A stretch of 64,000 nucleotides of DNA from a virus. The notes beneath the pieces were generated by a model. The model had not been told where the DNA came from. It searched no databases and saw nothing but the letters and a program-made list of their open reading frames with translations. Shown in pieces: positions 28,432-38,773 of the stretch; position 1 is the stretch's first letter; the number at the start of each line of letters is the position of its first letter. The stretch is from positions 32,001 to 96,000 of IMG/VR virus record IMGVR_UViG_3300043449_002450. The stretch is one strand, 5' to 3'. The position numbers and the translations under genes were made by a program.

Positions 28432-29373
28432 ATGGGTTTCTTAAACTCTAAGACTAGGATCATGGACGTTGTGATGACTCCCCTTGGGCGTGCATCTCTA
28501 GCGACAGGAGGATTGACTGTATCATACGCGTCATTCACAGATGGCCAGACATATTACGATGCAAGCAGCATAAGCGGATCCTATGATGACGCAGTTGATC
28601 GTGTCTTTTTGGAAAGTCCACCATCGCTTCCTCAAGACACGTATGCAATTGTGACAGACGACACCGGACAGATAATTCCTGTGGACGCATTTGGGACTAA
28701 AGTTACCGCAAAAGGAGATCTATTCCAGGGAGGAAAGGATGTCACCCGCCTTAATAATACGGGATCATTCTCTTCAGCTATCAGCAGTGTGACCAACTTA
28801 TTTCAAGATTCGATGAGATTTGGCACAATCATCGCGTCTAGAGATCCACTTGATGATCACCCAGATTTGATATTATCGACTACAACGGCCTCATTTCAGA
28901 TAAATAACTCTGAACCATTTGATCTGGATGACAAGCCAATCTCAGTTAACGCTGCGCCAAGCCTTTTCTTTGATAAGCGCCTGACGAACTTTGCACAGTT
29001 CACATATTTGCCGCCCACTGTTAAAAAAAATGATGTCTATAGCAAGCTAGGCAGATACAAAAATATAAAGTCACACGACAGATACACTTACAACGATTTA
29101 AAAAATGACCTACAGGGAAAAAGCGGCACACCCAAGCGGCAAAGAGTCGACATAGAGATAACAGACACATCAGAAACTAATGATATTGTTATCCAGCTAT
29201 TTGAGACAAATAATAATGGAATTATTAAGTTGGATGCTGTTGATTACGGCCAGTTCGTGGATTCGAAAGACAGAGATCATCCAAGCAAGAGAGTCATATT
29301 TTATGGCAAGGTATTTGTTGATGAGACAGGCTCTCCAACATTCGTCAACTTGTTTACCATGGTAATTGACTGA
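28432..29373 (+). CDS. Putative baseplate/fibre-attachment protein (N-terminus paralogous to 36765..37469)
   Basis: MGFLNSKTRIMDVVMTPLGRASLA aligns with MGFLDQSTNNIILDAVLTDAGRNLLA. Confidence 0.6.
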   Translation: MGFLNSKTRIMDVVMTPLGRASLATGGLTVSYASFTDGQTYYDASSISGSYDDAVDRVFLESPPSLPQDTYAIVTDDTGQIIPVDAFGTKVTAKGDLFQGGKDVTRLNNTGSFSSAISSVTNLFQDSMRFGTIIASRDPLDDHPDLILSTTTASFQINNSEPFDLDDKPISVNAAPSLFFDKRLTNFAQFTYLPPTVKKNDVYSKLGRYKNIKSHDRYTYNDLKNDLQGKSGTPKRQRVDIEITDTSETNDIVIQLFETNNNGIIKLDAVDYGQFVDSKDRDHPSKRVIFYGKVFVDETGSPTFVNLFTMVID

Positions 29374-31298
29374 TGCCAACAATCCAACAAGATCAAGTAA
29401 GATTTCCGCTAACATTTGATAGTGGCGACTTATTCTCAATAGTAACACATAGAAACGTGGGAGAGATTACATACTTCACTTATAGAATTCCTCTTGTGTA
29501 TGATGTCAATGTTGAAATTGATCCATCTTTGACCATGCAGGTTAGGATAGTAACAGAGCAAAAAAGAAATCCAATCAAGAACATCACAAAAAAGTCTCTT
29601 CTGAATGGGACAGCTTTAAAAGATATTAGAGCTCAGCCCGCAAATAACTTTTTTACGCAGAATTTATCTACATCTCATGTCACAATACCCTACGTTGATC
29701 TAGTAAAGAAAAATCTAACATATGACATTGAGATCCCTATTACGGATATTAAGAATCAAATAGTATTTCAAAATGTTCTGCTTGATAAGGATGGTGTTTT
29801 TTACATAGGAAGTTCTATAACAATAAATCACGATGATAAATTAACGTTATACGATGTTGCAAAGAATAACTTTGATGTTAGAGCGGGATTTTTAGATGAT
29901 AACACAATTGCCGTGTCTGCCGTCTCTTTTGATCCCCTAATAGGAAAATTTAATTTTTATGTGAAAAATGAGACGCAGATTGATTCTAAGACATCATACT
30001 ATGAATTAATTTCATCTAGCGACTTAGATGGTAAGGGCATTGCAACAATTAATTTTAATATCGAAAAAGGGCAAAAGCTAATTTTTGCTGTAACGCCTAA
30101 CACAAAGTTTAAGAACACATCTATGTCTCAAATGAGAGAAACTGAGGTGGGAAGTAGATATAATCACATCATCTTGCCGTTCTATATGTCAGGAATAAGT
30201 GATGTTTTTCTACGATTTACAATTTCAAGTGTATCAAGCTCTGTAAAGCGTGTCTTGCTTTATAGGCAAATTTATGGAAGCAATAAACGAGAATATATCG
30301 CTTATGCTGACAATAAAGGGACAGATATCATAATTGATGATCCACAAAGACTTACAAAGTATGACGCTGTCTACACATTAGATTACATTGACAAAGATTC
30401 TGTTCTTAAGACATCGCCTAGCCAAGTTTTTGTGCCAAGCTTAAAGCTTAACACGCTTGCTAATATTGCGGCGAGTGTTGTTGATCAAAAATTCTATGAG
30501 GATAGAGTAACAACAAAATTTGATATTAAAGTTAATTACAATAATACTACTGCGTTCGACCAAATCGTCAGTGACTTAAAAAAGATCGGCCTAGACAATC
30601 TTTTTGATGAAGATCTGAAGAAGATGACAAATAACATTAAGCCGCTTATCAGAGTCCTTGCATCCAGGATAAATTTGAATGATGGCACTCAAGAAGAGTT
30701 AGGAGTGATTGAGCCAGGTGAAGTATCCTACGTAAATAGCACACGTGATTCATATCAGTATCTCTTTGAGATCGCGATAAGGTCTGCGCCCGAGCTAATG
30801 GAGAACCTCGCATCGAGCCAAAGAGTTTTATCAAATATTTCTAGAGACTCTAGAGACATAGTTGATACGGCAACAAAAACTATTGCAACAAGATTTAAGC
30901 AAGGACAAACATCTTTTACTGCCAAGTTTTTGTCAAAGGCATCTTTAAGCGATTCATTGCTAAAATATGGCAATGCAGCCTCAGGAATAGATCTAGGATA
31001 TTACTCTGGTCGAACAGGAATATTCTCTAGTATTTCAATAGCTAATCTTGAAAAAAGTATATTAATTAGCGATGTCACTTACCAGAAAATAAATACAGGT
31101 GGAATCTTGACATGGAAGTTTACCGGCAATCCCATCTATTTTAATGTGACTGCGGGTGGTATAACTAGAAAAGCGGCCATAACCAGCAACAGAACGTGTG
31201 TGTTTTACTTAGATTCATCTATCAAGGGTCAAGTTACTATTAGATCTGTGTCTAAGTCAACTGCACAAAATGCCTATGCTTCCACGGAGATCTCTTAA
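29373..31298 (+). CDS. Hypothetical beta-rich protein
   Basis: 641-aa ORF with TGATG coupling; Ig/FN3-like strand pattern (VKRVLLYRQ...YTLDYID). Confidence 0.6.
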   Translation: MPTIQQDQVRFPLTFDSGDLFSIVTHRNVGEITYFTYRIPLVYDVNVEIDPSLTMQVRIVTEQKRNPIKNITKKSLLNGTALKDIRAQPANNFFTQNLSTSHVTIPYVDLVKKNLTYDIEIPITDIKNQIVFQNVLLDKDGVFYIGSSITINHDDKLTLYDVAKNNFDVRAGFLDDNTIAVSAVSFDPLIGKFNFYVKNETQIDSKTSYYELISSSDLDGKGIATINFNIEKGQKLIFAVTPNTKFKNTSMSQMRETEVGSRYNHIILPFYMSGISDVFLRFTISSVSSSVKRVLLYRQIYGSNKREYIAYADNKGTDIIIDDPQRLTKYDAVYTLDYIDKDSVLKTSPSQVFVPSLKLNTLANIAASVVDQKFYEDRVTTKFDIKVNYNNTTAFDQIVSDLKKIGLDNLFDEDLKKMTNNIKPLIRVLASRINLNDGTQEELGVIEPGEVSYVNSTRDSYQYLFEIAIRSAPELMENLASSQRVLSNISRDSRDIVDTATKTIATRFKQGQTSFTAKFLSKASLSDSLLKYGNAASGIDLGYYSGRTGIFSSISIANLEKSILISDVTYQKINTGGILTWKFTGNPIYFNVTAGGITRKAAITSNRTCVFYLDSSIKGQVTIRSVSKSTAQNAYASTEIS

Positions 31299-34200
31299 AT
31301 GCCTATTCAAAAGTCTTCTACACGTCTCATTGCACAAAATGAAGGAAGCGGAAAGGCATCTGCTATTGCTAAGAGCGAGATTGGTTCTAGTCAATCTAAA
31401 TTAACAAGAGAAGATTTGACCACAAACTTGTCAACTGCAGGCGTCGCTGCAAATATTGATGCTAATAAATTGGCAGGTAACGATGTAGTCAAGTTAAAAA
31501 AAATAAATGACTCGCTTTCAAAAAGTTTAGCGATTCTACAAGAAGAAGATGAGAAAAAGAAGTCAAAAACTAGAGTCAGTGACGACCAGCTATCAGGAAA
31601 AGGAAAAGGAAAAGGAAAAGGAAAGGGCAAAGGGGAAAAAGGAAAAGATGGCAAAACAGGAAATTACATACCTCCAGAAGTAAAAAGCACAGCAATAACG
31701 CTAAGCCCAACTGATTATGATGTCTACTTGACAGGATCAGGCGTCAATAGTATACAGCCTGTCATCATTGCCGACGTTCCATTTAACAACTACTTCAACT
31801 CAGAAAGTCCTGCTTACGATATTGTGACACTTCAGCAAGGGCTAAAAGATGATACAGTCTTGATAGCTGATCAATTGGTAAAGAACTATTTTAGATCAAA
31901 CTCTGCAAGATTTGCCGCACTAAAGCAGATAAGCGATAAAAATATTTCTTTTTACAATACAGCTGTTAATTCTGTTGCCGATATTGCTGTTGCTTCAAGG
32001 AATCTTATTCAAGGTATTGAAAGTTCTAAAATTACAGGTAATTCCTATACACTTGTTAAATCTTTTAGAGCTGTAGGGTTTGATAATGTCACTAATATTT
32101 TTCCCTCGTCAACAGCAGTGTTTAAGATTGACGATCGTGTCTATGGCGGTCCTGCGACATCTTTTAATGATGACGATGTCGTAAAGACAGACAGAAATGA
32201 CATATTTTGGAATTACGACAACAAAAATGCTTATAAGTCAACAAAGATAGGTCAAGATCTAAGAGATGCATTCATTGCAACTATTTGTGGATATGAATCA
32301 AGGCAGAATCTAAATGATCCTAATATTATTAAGAATGAAGAGACGGGTGACCAAAAATTTCGAGAAGTTCTGATTAGAGCAGCAGTAGCGTGGCAACGCG
32401 GTGGCACAATAAATACTAGCACGCTTTATGAATACGCGACTCCTAATGCTGATGAAGGAACGCTTAGTGTGTCAGATGGAGACAATCTTAGAGACGTTAA
32501 TGATTTTTACTCCATTGGCAACGTTTTGTGGGCATATGACACTGCATCAAGTGACGATCCGTATGACATAATAGAGAAAAAAAGATTCAGCGATTTTGAC
32601 CGAGCAGTAAGAAATCCTGGTCTTAAAGGCGTTATACCCAATTTCAAAAATGTTGCGACCAAAGTAAATAGCACATTTAGCACTTATAGGTTGGTCCCAA
32701 TTGTTGCGTCTTTAATTGCAGAACAAGTAGGCGGAACAATCGCATCAAATGCAAACTTGCCAAGAATCTTTATAAATGCAGCAGACAATAATGTCAATAC
32801 ACAGATTGAATTTACGATAGATGATCTGCTGCCTCTAGTCGCTCAAGTTAATGACACATTACTCAGCTTGTTTGACGCAACAGTTAACTTAGAAGGACTA
32901 AACGCAAGAAGTCCATCCGGGCTAATTTATGCAACGTCTTTTGATCCCGACAAGCTAGAAACATTAAGGTTGGCTTATAACACTTCTAAAGTTAATATCC
33001 AGAACATTCTTATAAAGAATTCAGGATTATTTAGCAATCAAATTGCCGTATTTATACTAAAAGTAATGTTTGATGAATTTCTTAGCTTTTTTGAAAATTC
33101 TGTCCTTGTCACTGGGTCAAGCAAATACTCACTTTTGAGAGCTATTATGCTGTTTCATGCCTCACAGCAGCAAGAAAAAGCGGCTGATTTGTGGGTGATG
33201 CTCAATAATAAATCAAAGTTGCGTGGCGCTAGAGCTGCAGATGATGGCTATCTAGAAGATGAAATACAATCTTCATTAAATTTATACTTTGACCCTGTGC
33301 GTGGCTCTGAAGAGACAACTAGCGCACCCTTCACATTTGAAGCTTTTGCTGACACAGTTCGATCAGCAGCAGATATAGATGAGGCCGAAGATGAGGTAGA
33401 GGCTAGCACAACATTTTTATCAAAACTTTTTGACAGTGATTCATCATTTGGAATGTTTGATAGAATCGCAGACAAAGTTAAAAGCGCTTATTCTTTGGAA
33501 AACAGCACAATTGCCGAGGGTGCGTTGCGACTAACTTCGTATATGATTTTTCTTGACATTCTAAGGCTCGTGAAAGCTAAATATCGATACGATATTGTCA
33601 GAGATGGATACGGCGACTACAACGGTGTGTATGCATACATCAAGTTTTCTAAGAGAGACACGACGGCAATCACAGACTGTCTAAGGTCAGCAGTCGAGTA
33701 TTCAGTGCTCACAGATTACAGAACATATACATCTATTCGCAGTGGACCGCCTATTGAGTCGACTAAAGCATCAATTATTTCACATTTTTGGAATCCTATT
33801 AGGTCAATTGTTAGAAATGTTTTGCAGATTTATGAAAATCTCGATACAAAGTTTGCTTATATCTACTCGCAAGTATTGAATGCAATGAATGCATTAGACC
33901 CTGCAAAGCAAGCTTATAGTTCTTTGAAGCGCGCTTACTCATTTTTAGATGGACTGAGCGATCAAGATGCAAGCGCTAAAGCAAGCGCATTAGTGTCAAA
34001 ATACGCGACGCTTGAATCAATAATTGAACTAAAGCATAGATCTCGGAGATACCAGACACTGATAAAAAACACAGATATCACATCTTTTGCTGCCAGATCT
34101 CCTTATTTTAGGTCTATTGTCGAAGCTGTGCATCGCGATGTTTTAACTGAGCGGCAAGCTAGAATTTATGTCGTAGGGATTCCCTATGGAATGCTTGAGA

Positions 34201-34844
34201 ATCTTAGGCTTGAAAAATCAACAAGAGAGACCATTTCACCACAATTTACGCTTATCACAAACAGAGTTGAGCCTGATGGGTCTACAACAAGAGTTGATTA
34301 TTATTTCCCACACGACACATTGACAGGATCTAGCACACAAGCATTTAATAGCGCGATTACACAAATAACAGATGATCAAGATAACACGACAAGAATCACT
34401 AATTTTAATGATTCAAACATTAAAATTAGTAACTACAACTACACAAGTGAGAAATTTGAAGAATTTGCAGCAAGCGCAGGGTTTTTAGGAAATGCAAAAG
34501 CCGCCGCTCAAAATCAACTAATTCAATCATCTTTAGAAAGCTATGTTGAGGATCTATATGGACTTTATCCAAGGTATGCTTTTTTTAAGACAATCGGGTC
34601 CAGAGAGATAGTAGAAATTCCATACGCAAATGAAATAGTTGATTCTTATCCGGTCGACGAGCAAGAAGCACAACTCATAAGATCGCGCTTAAGAGCTGCA
34701 ATATTAATGCACAAGAATTTTTGCACTACAACCATGTTGAATGATCTTGAATCTTCGCCCCTCTTTGATAGGATTGTTTATTCTCTAGTAGAGACAGAGA
34801 CTGTTGGTAATTTGTCAACTCTAAGTTGCAAGGTGACAATATAA
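31299..34844 (+). CDS. Large hypothetical protein with GK dipeptide repeat
   Basis: 1181-aa ORF abutting both neighbours; no family recognised. Confidence 0.65.
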   Translation: MPIQKSSTRLIAQNEGSGKASAIAKSEIGSSQSKLTREDLTTNLSTAGVAANIDANKLAGNDVVKLKKINDSLSKSLAILQEEDEKKKSKTRVSDDQLSGKGKGKGKGKGKGEKGKDGKTGNYIPPEVKSTAITLSPTDYDVYLTGSGVNSIQPVIIADVPFNNYFNSESPAYDIVTLQQGLKDDTVLIADQLVKNYFRSNSARFAALKQISDKNISFYNTAVNSVADIAVASRNLIQGIESSKITGNSYTLVKSFRAVGFDNVTNIFPSSTAVFKIDDRVYGGPATSFNDDDVVKTDRNDIFWNYDNKNAYKSTKIGQDLRDAFIATICGYESRQNLNDPNIIKNEETGDQKFREVLIRAAVAWQRGGTINTSTLYEYATPNADEGTLSVSDGDNLRDVNDFYSIGNVLWAYDTASSDDPYDIIEKKRFSDFDRAVRNPGLKGVIPNFKNVATKVNSTFSTYRLVPIVASLIAEQVGGTIASNANLPRIFINAADNNVNTQIEFTIDDLLPLVAQVNDTLLSLFDATVNLEGLNARSPSGLIYATSFDPDKLETLRLAYNTSKVNIQNILIKNSGLFSNQIAVFILKVMFDEFLSFFENSVLVTGSSKYSLLRAIMLFHASQQQEKAADLWVMLNNKSKLRGARAADDGYLEDEIQSSLNLYFDPVRGSEETTSAPFTFEAFADTVRSAADIDEAEDEVEASTTFLSKLFDSDSSFGMFDRIADKVKSAYSLENSTIAEGALRLTSYMIFLDILRLVKAKYRYDIVRDGYGDYNGVYAYIKFSKRDTTAITDCLRSAVEYSVLTDYRTYTSIRSGPPIESTKASIISHFWNPIRSIVRNVLQIYENLDTKFAYIYSQVLNAMNALDPAKQAYSSLKRAYSFLDGLSDQDASAKASALVSKYATLESIIELKHRSRRYQTLIKNTDITSFAARSPYFRSIVEAVHRDVLTERQARIYVVGIPYGMLENLRLEKSTRETISPQFTLITNRVEPDGSTTRVDYYFPHDTLTGSSTQAFNSAITQITDDQDNTTRITNFNDSNIKISNYNYTSEKFEEFAASAGFLGNAKAAAQNQLIQSSLESYVEDLYGLYPRYAFFKTIGSREIVEIPYANEIVDSYPVDEQEAQLIRSRLRAAILMHKNFCTTTMLNDLESSPLFDRIVYSLVETETVGNLSTLSCKVTI
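31596..31646 (+). repeat. GGAAAA hexamer tandem repeat encoding (GK)n
   Basis: GGAAAA x4 exact (31596-31619), then degenerate copies GGAAAG, GGCAAA, GGGGAA. Confidence 0.9.
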
Positions 34845-36712
34845 TGAAAACTCAAGCTCAAAATAAGTCAAGTCAAGAGCGCGAAGAAGATCTAATACAG
34901 ACAACTACGTTACCCTTTTATAGCGTTAATCTACCTACCTTGACACAAGGCGAGGAAATTAGTGCTAAATTTGTCTACAACTACTACACACGAGATGAAG
35001 GCATATCAGAAACAACGTCACTATCGGGACTGCAGAGAGATACGGATGAATATGATTTCGTTGTTGAGAATTACGAGAGAAATGCTTTCCCAAGATATGT
35101 CAACATACAGATAAAGCCCCCAAAGACTGTTACTAAAAAAACTACTCTACCAAGAGAAACTACATTAAAAATTCAGAGAAATCCTGACAGCTTTATAGTC
35201 TACGAAGACGCTCCTTTTAATGATAAATTTTGTTCAATCATCGTGAATGATACAGCAATCGATGATAAAATCTATTTACAGTCAAATAGTCAGTCTTCCA
35301 CCAGCCAATCCGATATTAGGCGGATTGGAAGTATAAGCAATATTTCTTTACCCAAACGCGACTTTTTAAATAATGCAAACTTACAGTCTGCAGGAATTAG
35401 ATTTTCAGAAGCACAAGCGCGTCAAGAAGTTGTTGATTCTTATGCCAAAGACGTTAAAGCAATTAATCTAGGTATATCTATAAATTCGCTGCTAGTCTCG
35501 GACATGATTAGAACTGTTGAGAGATGGCAATCGTCAGTGTTTACTGATGAGTATGCAGCAGCATTTTCTGATGCCGACAAAAAGCAATCCAATTCAAGAG
35601 CAATCGACGACCCACTCAGGATTAGACAAGAAGAGCTTGATGTCGAGATTCCAGCGTATGATACTAGGCTACTATCGAGTGCAAATGCATCCGACTTCAG
35701 AACTGGAATAATTTCTCTAGCAGGCTTTATCATAGAAAAATATGGTGAGCAGCTTGATGGCACGACAAGACGCTATGATGACATATACATTTGGGATCCG
35801 AACGCCACCGCTTATCAAGATTCAAATGTTAGATACGGTGCAGTTTATAAATACAGACTCCGATCCTTGTATAGCAAAGTGATCTATGAATCTTCAAATT
35901 TAAAATCAGTCAAAGGTGTTAAGAGCGACACAAATAGAAAAATCATCGCTGCAAGTGTAATGCTTGCATCAGGAGGAACATTTACATCTTTGCAATGTAT
36001 TGAATCTATTCCTCCCAATCCTCCTAACAACATTACATTTCAACAAACGCTAAACGGACTTTATATAAGATGGAATTTTCCAATTAATAAACAAAAAGAC
36101 ATTAAGAGATTCCAAGTCTTTAGAAGAACGTCTATTACGGACCCATTTGAGCTAATTCAAGAGATAAATTTTGATCAGACATTGTTGCCGTATACGTCTG
36201 GTGAAAATGTTCCAGAAGAGCTAGTGCTAAGAGCTGATGGGCCGATTAAGCATTACCTTGACAGAGATTTCCAAAAACTCAACAGCGACTTTATTTACGC
36301 AATTTGTTGTATAGATGCACACGGATACTCATCGGCACTGTCAGAGCAATTTAGGGTTAGATTTGACCGCTTGAATGCAAAGCTACTTATAAGCAGAGTT
36401 TCTACAGAAGGTGCGCCAAAACCCTATCCAAATGTTAACATTTTAGGCGATTTTTTTACTGACCTTATTAAGTCAAGCGGATCAAGAAGGATAAGCCTTT
36501 ATTTTGATCCTGAGTATCCTGATGTGACAGACGTTAATGGAAAGTCTCTAAAGCTAATTAATGTCGGCGGCGATGGATCAACTTCATATAAGTTGGTGTT
36601 AACCGAAGTAAATCTTGCACAAAGTCAGGTTGTCGACATTAAACTATCTGATAGAAGAATTGATATTAATGGAATACCACCTAGCCAGGCAAGATTCTAC
36701 ACAGCAAGATAA
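34844..36712 (+). CDS. Fibronectin type III domain-containing putative virion protein
   Basis: YQDSNVRYGAVYKYRL and PPNPPNNITF...LYIRWNFP...IKRFQVFRR...YAICCIDAHGYSSALS. Start at the TAATG overlap (34844). Confidence 0.65.
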   Translation: MKTQAQNKSSQEREEDLIQTTTLPFYSVNLPTLTQGEEISAKFVYNYYTRDEGISETTSLSGLQRDTDEYDFVVENYERNAFPRYVNIQIKPPKTVTKKTTLPRETTLKIQRNPDSFIVYEDAPFNDKFCSIIVNDTAIDDKIYLQSNSQSSTSQSDIRRIGSISNISLPKRDFLNNANLQSAGIRFSEAQARQEVVDSYAKDVKAINLGISINSLLVSDMIRTVERWQSSVFTDEYAAAFSDADKKQSNSRAIDDPLRIRQEELDVEIPAYDTRLLSSANASDFRTGIISLAGFIIEKYGEQLDGTTRRYDDIYIWDPNATAYQDSNVRYGAVYKYRLRSLYSKVIYESSNLKSVKGVKSDTNRKIIAASVMLASGGTFTSLQCIESIPPNPPNNITFQQTLNGLYIRWNFPINKQKDIKRFQVFRRTSITDPFELIQEINFDQTLLPYTSGENVPEELVLRADGPIKHYLDRDFQKLNSDFIYAICCIDAHGYSSALSEQFRVRFDRLNAKLLISRVSTEGAPKPYPNVNILGDFFTDLIKSSGSRRISLYFDPEYPDVTDVNGKSLKLINVGGDGSTSYKLVLTEVNLAQSQVVDIKLSDRRIDINGIPPSQARFYTAR

Positions 36713-36737
36713 TTTTAACTGCAAACTATTTCGCTGA

Positions 36738-36744
36738 ATATTTA
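36738..36744 (+). promoter_or_regulatory. Putative late promoter motif ATATTTA
   Basis: Instance in the intergenic gap before ATG 36765. Confidence 0.5.
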
Positions 36745-36764
36745 AGATAGCGAGGAAATCACTT

Positions 36765-37469
36765 ATGGGTTTTCTAGACCAAAGCACGAACAACATCATC
36801 TTAGACGCCGTTCTCACTGACGCGGGCAGGAATTTGCTTGCGCAACAGGGGCGATTTGTAATTACTAAGTTCACGCTAGCAGACGATGGTGTTGACTATG
36901 GCATCGTCCAGCAATATGGGCGGACTGTAGGAAAAGAAAAGATTGAGAAGAACACGCCCGTCTTCGAGGCGTTGACAAATCCATCACATGCCATAAGAAA
37001 TAGTCTGGTTAGCATTTCTACGGTGTCAAACAATATCACATACATACCGACACTTAATTTGACGCCAGCTGGCGTTGTCTCGCTAAACTTTAGCACAACA
37101 ACATCGCAGCTAGTCACGGTCCAGCTAAGCATCTCAGAGGGATTTTCTAGCCCACCCGAGCTTATTGATGATGACTTCATAGTCATGCTTGATAATCGCT
37201 TTTTACGTGCGTCAACAAAGAGCGTAACAGCGCCAATATCAATATCGCAGACAAGCATGGCAACATACGTTTTCCCGTCCGACCAGACATCGTCAACGAA
37301 CCCACTGTCTACGCTCGCTTTCTCTTTGACGCCCCAGTCTGTTCCTGCAGCAACGCAGGCAGCTTATAAGGTTGCGGGAACGACATATGTCACGTCATAT
37401 GTCAAGGTAGTTGGTAGAAATTCTGGGCAAAGTCAAGACATCAGAGTTAACATTACAACAGCGCAGTAA
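36765..37469 (+). CDS. Putative baseplate/tail-fibre attachment protein
   Basis: DAVLTDAGRNLLA...ITKFTLADD resembles the N-terminus of tail-collar fibre domains; GAGG SD. Confidence 0.6.
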   Translation: MGFLDQSTNNIILDAVLTDAGRNLLAQQGRFVITKFTLADDGVDYGIVQQYGRTVGKEKIEKNTPVFEALTNPSHAIRNSLVSISTVSNNITYIPTLNLTPAGVVSLNFSTTTSQLVTVQLSISEGFSSPPELIDDDFIVMLDNRFLRASTKSVTAPISISQTSMATYVFPSDQTSSTNPLSTLAFSLTPQSVPAATQAAYKVAGTTYVTSYVKVVGRNSGQSQDIRVNITTAQ

Positions 37470-37480
37470 GGAATAGATAA

Positions 37481-38767
37481 ATGCCAGTCTATAAAGCGAT
37501 ATCACCAAACGACATTAAGACAGCAAGATCATACCTGAACCAGCTTGTTGACATTATCCAAGAGAGCGTGAGCGGTTCTAATACTAGAAAGGCTTATGAG
37601 GTCTTCGTTACTGGCTCCGGTGCAGCTGGAGTAACATCTTCGATATTTCAAACTGTCTTTGACCAAGATTTTACTCTTGCAACCGCTAATGAGATGTTTG
37701 ACATCACAGTAGGACTTTATGCGTCCGGCGGAATAGTCACGGGTTCACCAGGCTATAGTGTAGACTCAGCAGGAAAGCTAATTTTTGCTGGCAACACTTT
37801 GATGATGCGCGAGAAAGTGCAGATATACAACCAGATGGCTCAAGCGCTATTAGGTGATAGTTCTGCACAGTTTACGTCGCCATTCACGGGTGCGACTACA
37901 AACGACTACATAGACGCTGCTTTGTTCTTGCCATTTAAGAGACTTTTCGCTCGTGACAAGATAAAACCTGAGACCTTTGCAATGAAGGTTTTCTCAACTG
38001 CTGCATTCGATGGCAGCCAGCTTGCTACAACCTTCGAGCAGAGTGTTAGAAATGCTAGAGTTGGTCCAAATCTTGAAGCTCCTATTGCCTTCAACCCTAT
38101 CATCATAACAGACGCAGGCGCTACAGCGAACCCTGAATACACGTTTGGTGGAACGGTAGGTAATCTTGTCAATGCTTCAAACACAGCTGAAAAAGTTGGA
38201 TTACTATTTTATGATTATGGTGTCGCAGTCCTGGACATCGAGAAGGTCTTCTGGGGCAACCAGCACATGTCAGGAGTTATAAGCGCTGTTACATCTGCGG
38301 CAACTCCTCTGGCAGCAGGAACAACGCTTATTGGTGCTAACCCAAGCTGGTATACTGCAGCAGGTGCCTCTGTAGTTGGTAATGCTAGTGCATCTTTCGT
38401 CCCTGACTTTATGGTGTCTGGATCGATAGATGACATTGTTAATCACATTGCTAGCGTTAGATTTGGCAGTGGATCTGATACAACAGTCACATTCCAGAAT
38501 GTAACAACAATCAATTCGACTCTTGTCTTTTGTGAGGCAGCCGCGGATGAGTTTAACTACTCATCTAATCCAACATTTACAGATGATGATGGAAGAATTG
38601 TCGTGATTGATTCTGGTGCTGAAGATACACAGAAGTCTTTCACTTTCATTACAACAATCGGCCTCTATGATGCAGCTGATAATCTTCTTGCAGTTGCTAA
38701 ACTTTCACGTCCTGTGGAGAAGAACGACGAGAAGAAGCTGACATTTAGAGTTCGGCTAGACTACTGA
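37481..38767 (+). CDS. Putative tail/baseplate structural protein (C-terminus paralogous to 38774..41161)
   Basis: C-terminal EFNYSSNPTF...FITTIGLYD..NLLAVAKLSRPVEK..LTFRVRLDY. Confidence 0.65.
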   Translation: MPVYKAISPNDIKTARSYLNQLVDIIQESVSGSNTRKAYEVFVTGSGAAGVTSSIFQTVFDQDFTLATANEMFDITVGLYASGGIVTGSPGYSVDSAGKLIFAGNTLMMREKVQIYNQMAQALLGDSSAQFTSPFTGATTNDYIDAALFLPFKRLFARDKIKPETFAMKVFSTAAFDGSQLATTFEQSVRNARVGPNLEAPIAFNPIIITDAGATANPEYTFGGTVGNLVNASNTAEKVGLLFYDYGVAVLDIEKVFWGNQHMSGVISAVTSAATPLAAGTTLIGANPSWYTAAGASVVGNASASFVPDFMVSGSIDDIVNHIASVRFGSGSDTTVTFQNVTTINSTLVFCEAAADEFNYSSNPTFTDDDGRIVVIDSGAEDTQKSFTFITTIGLYDAADNLLAVAKLSRPVEKNDEKKLTFRVRLDY

Positions 38768-38773
38768 GATAAC

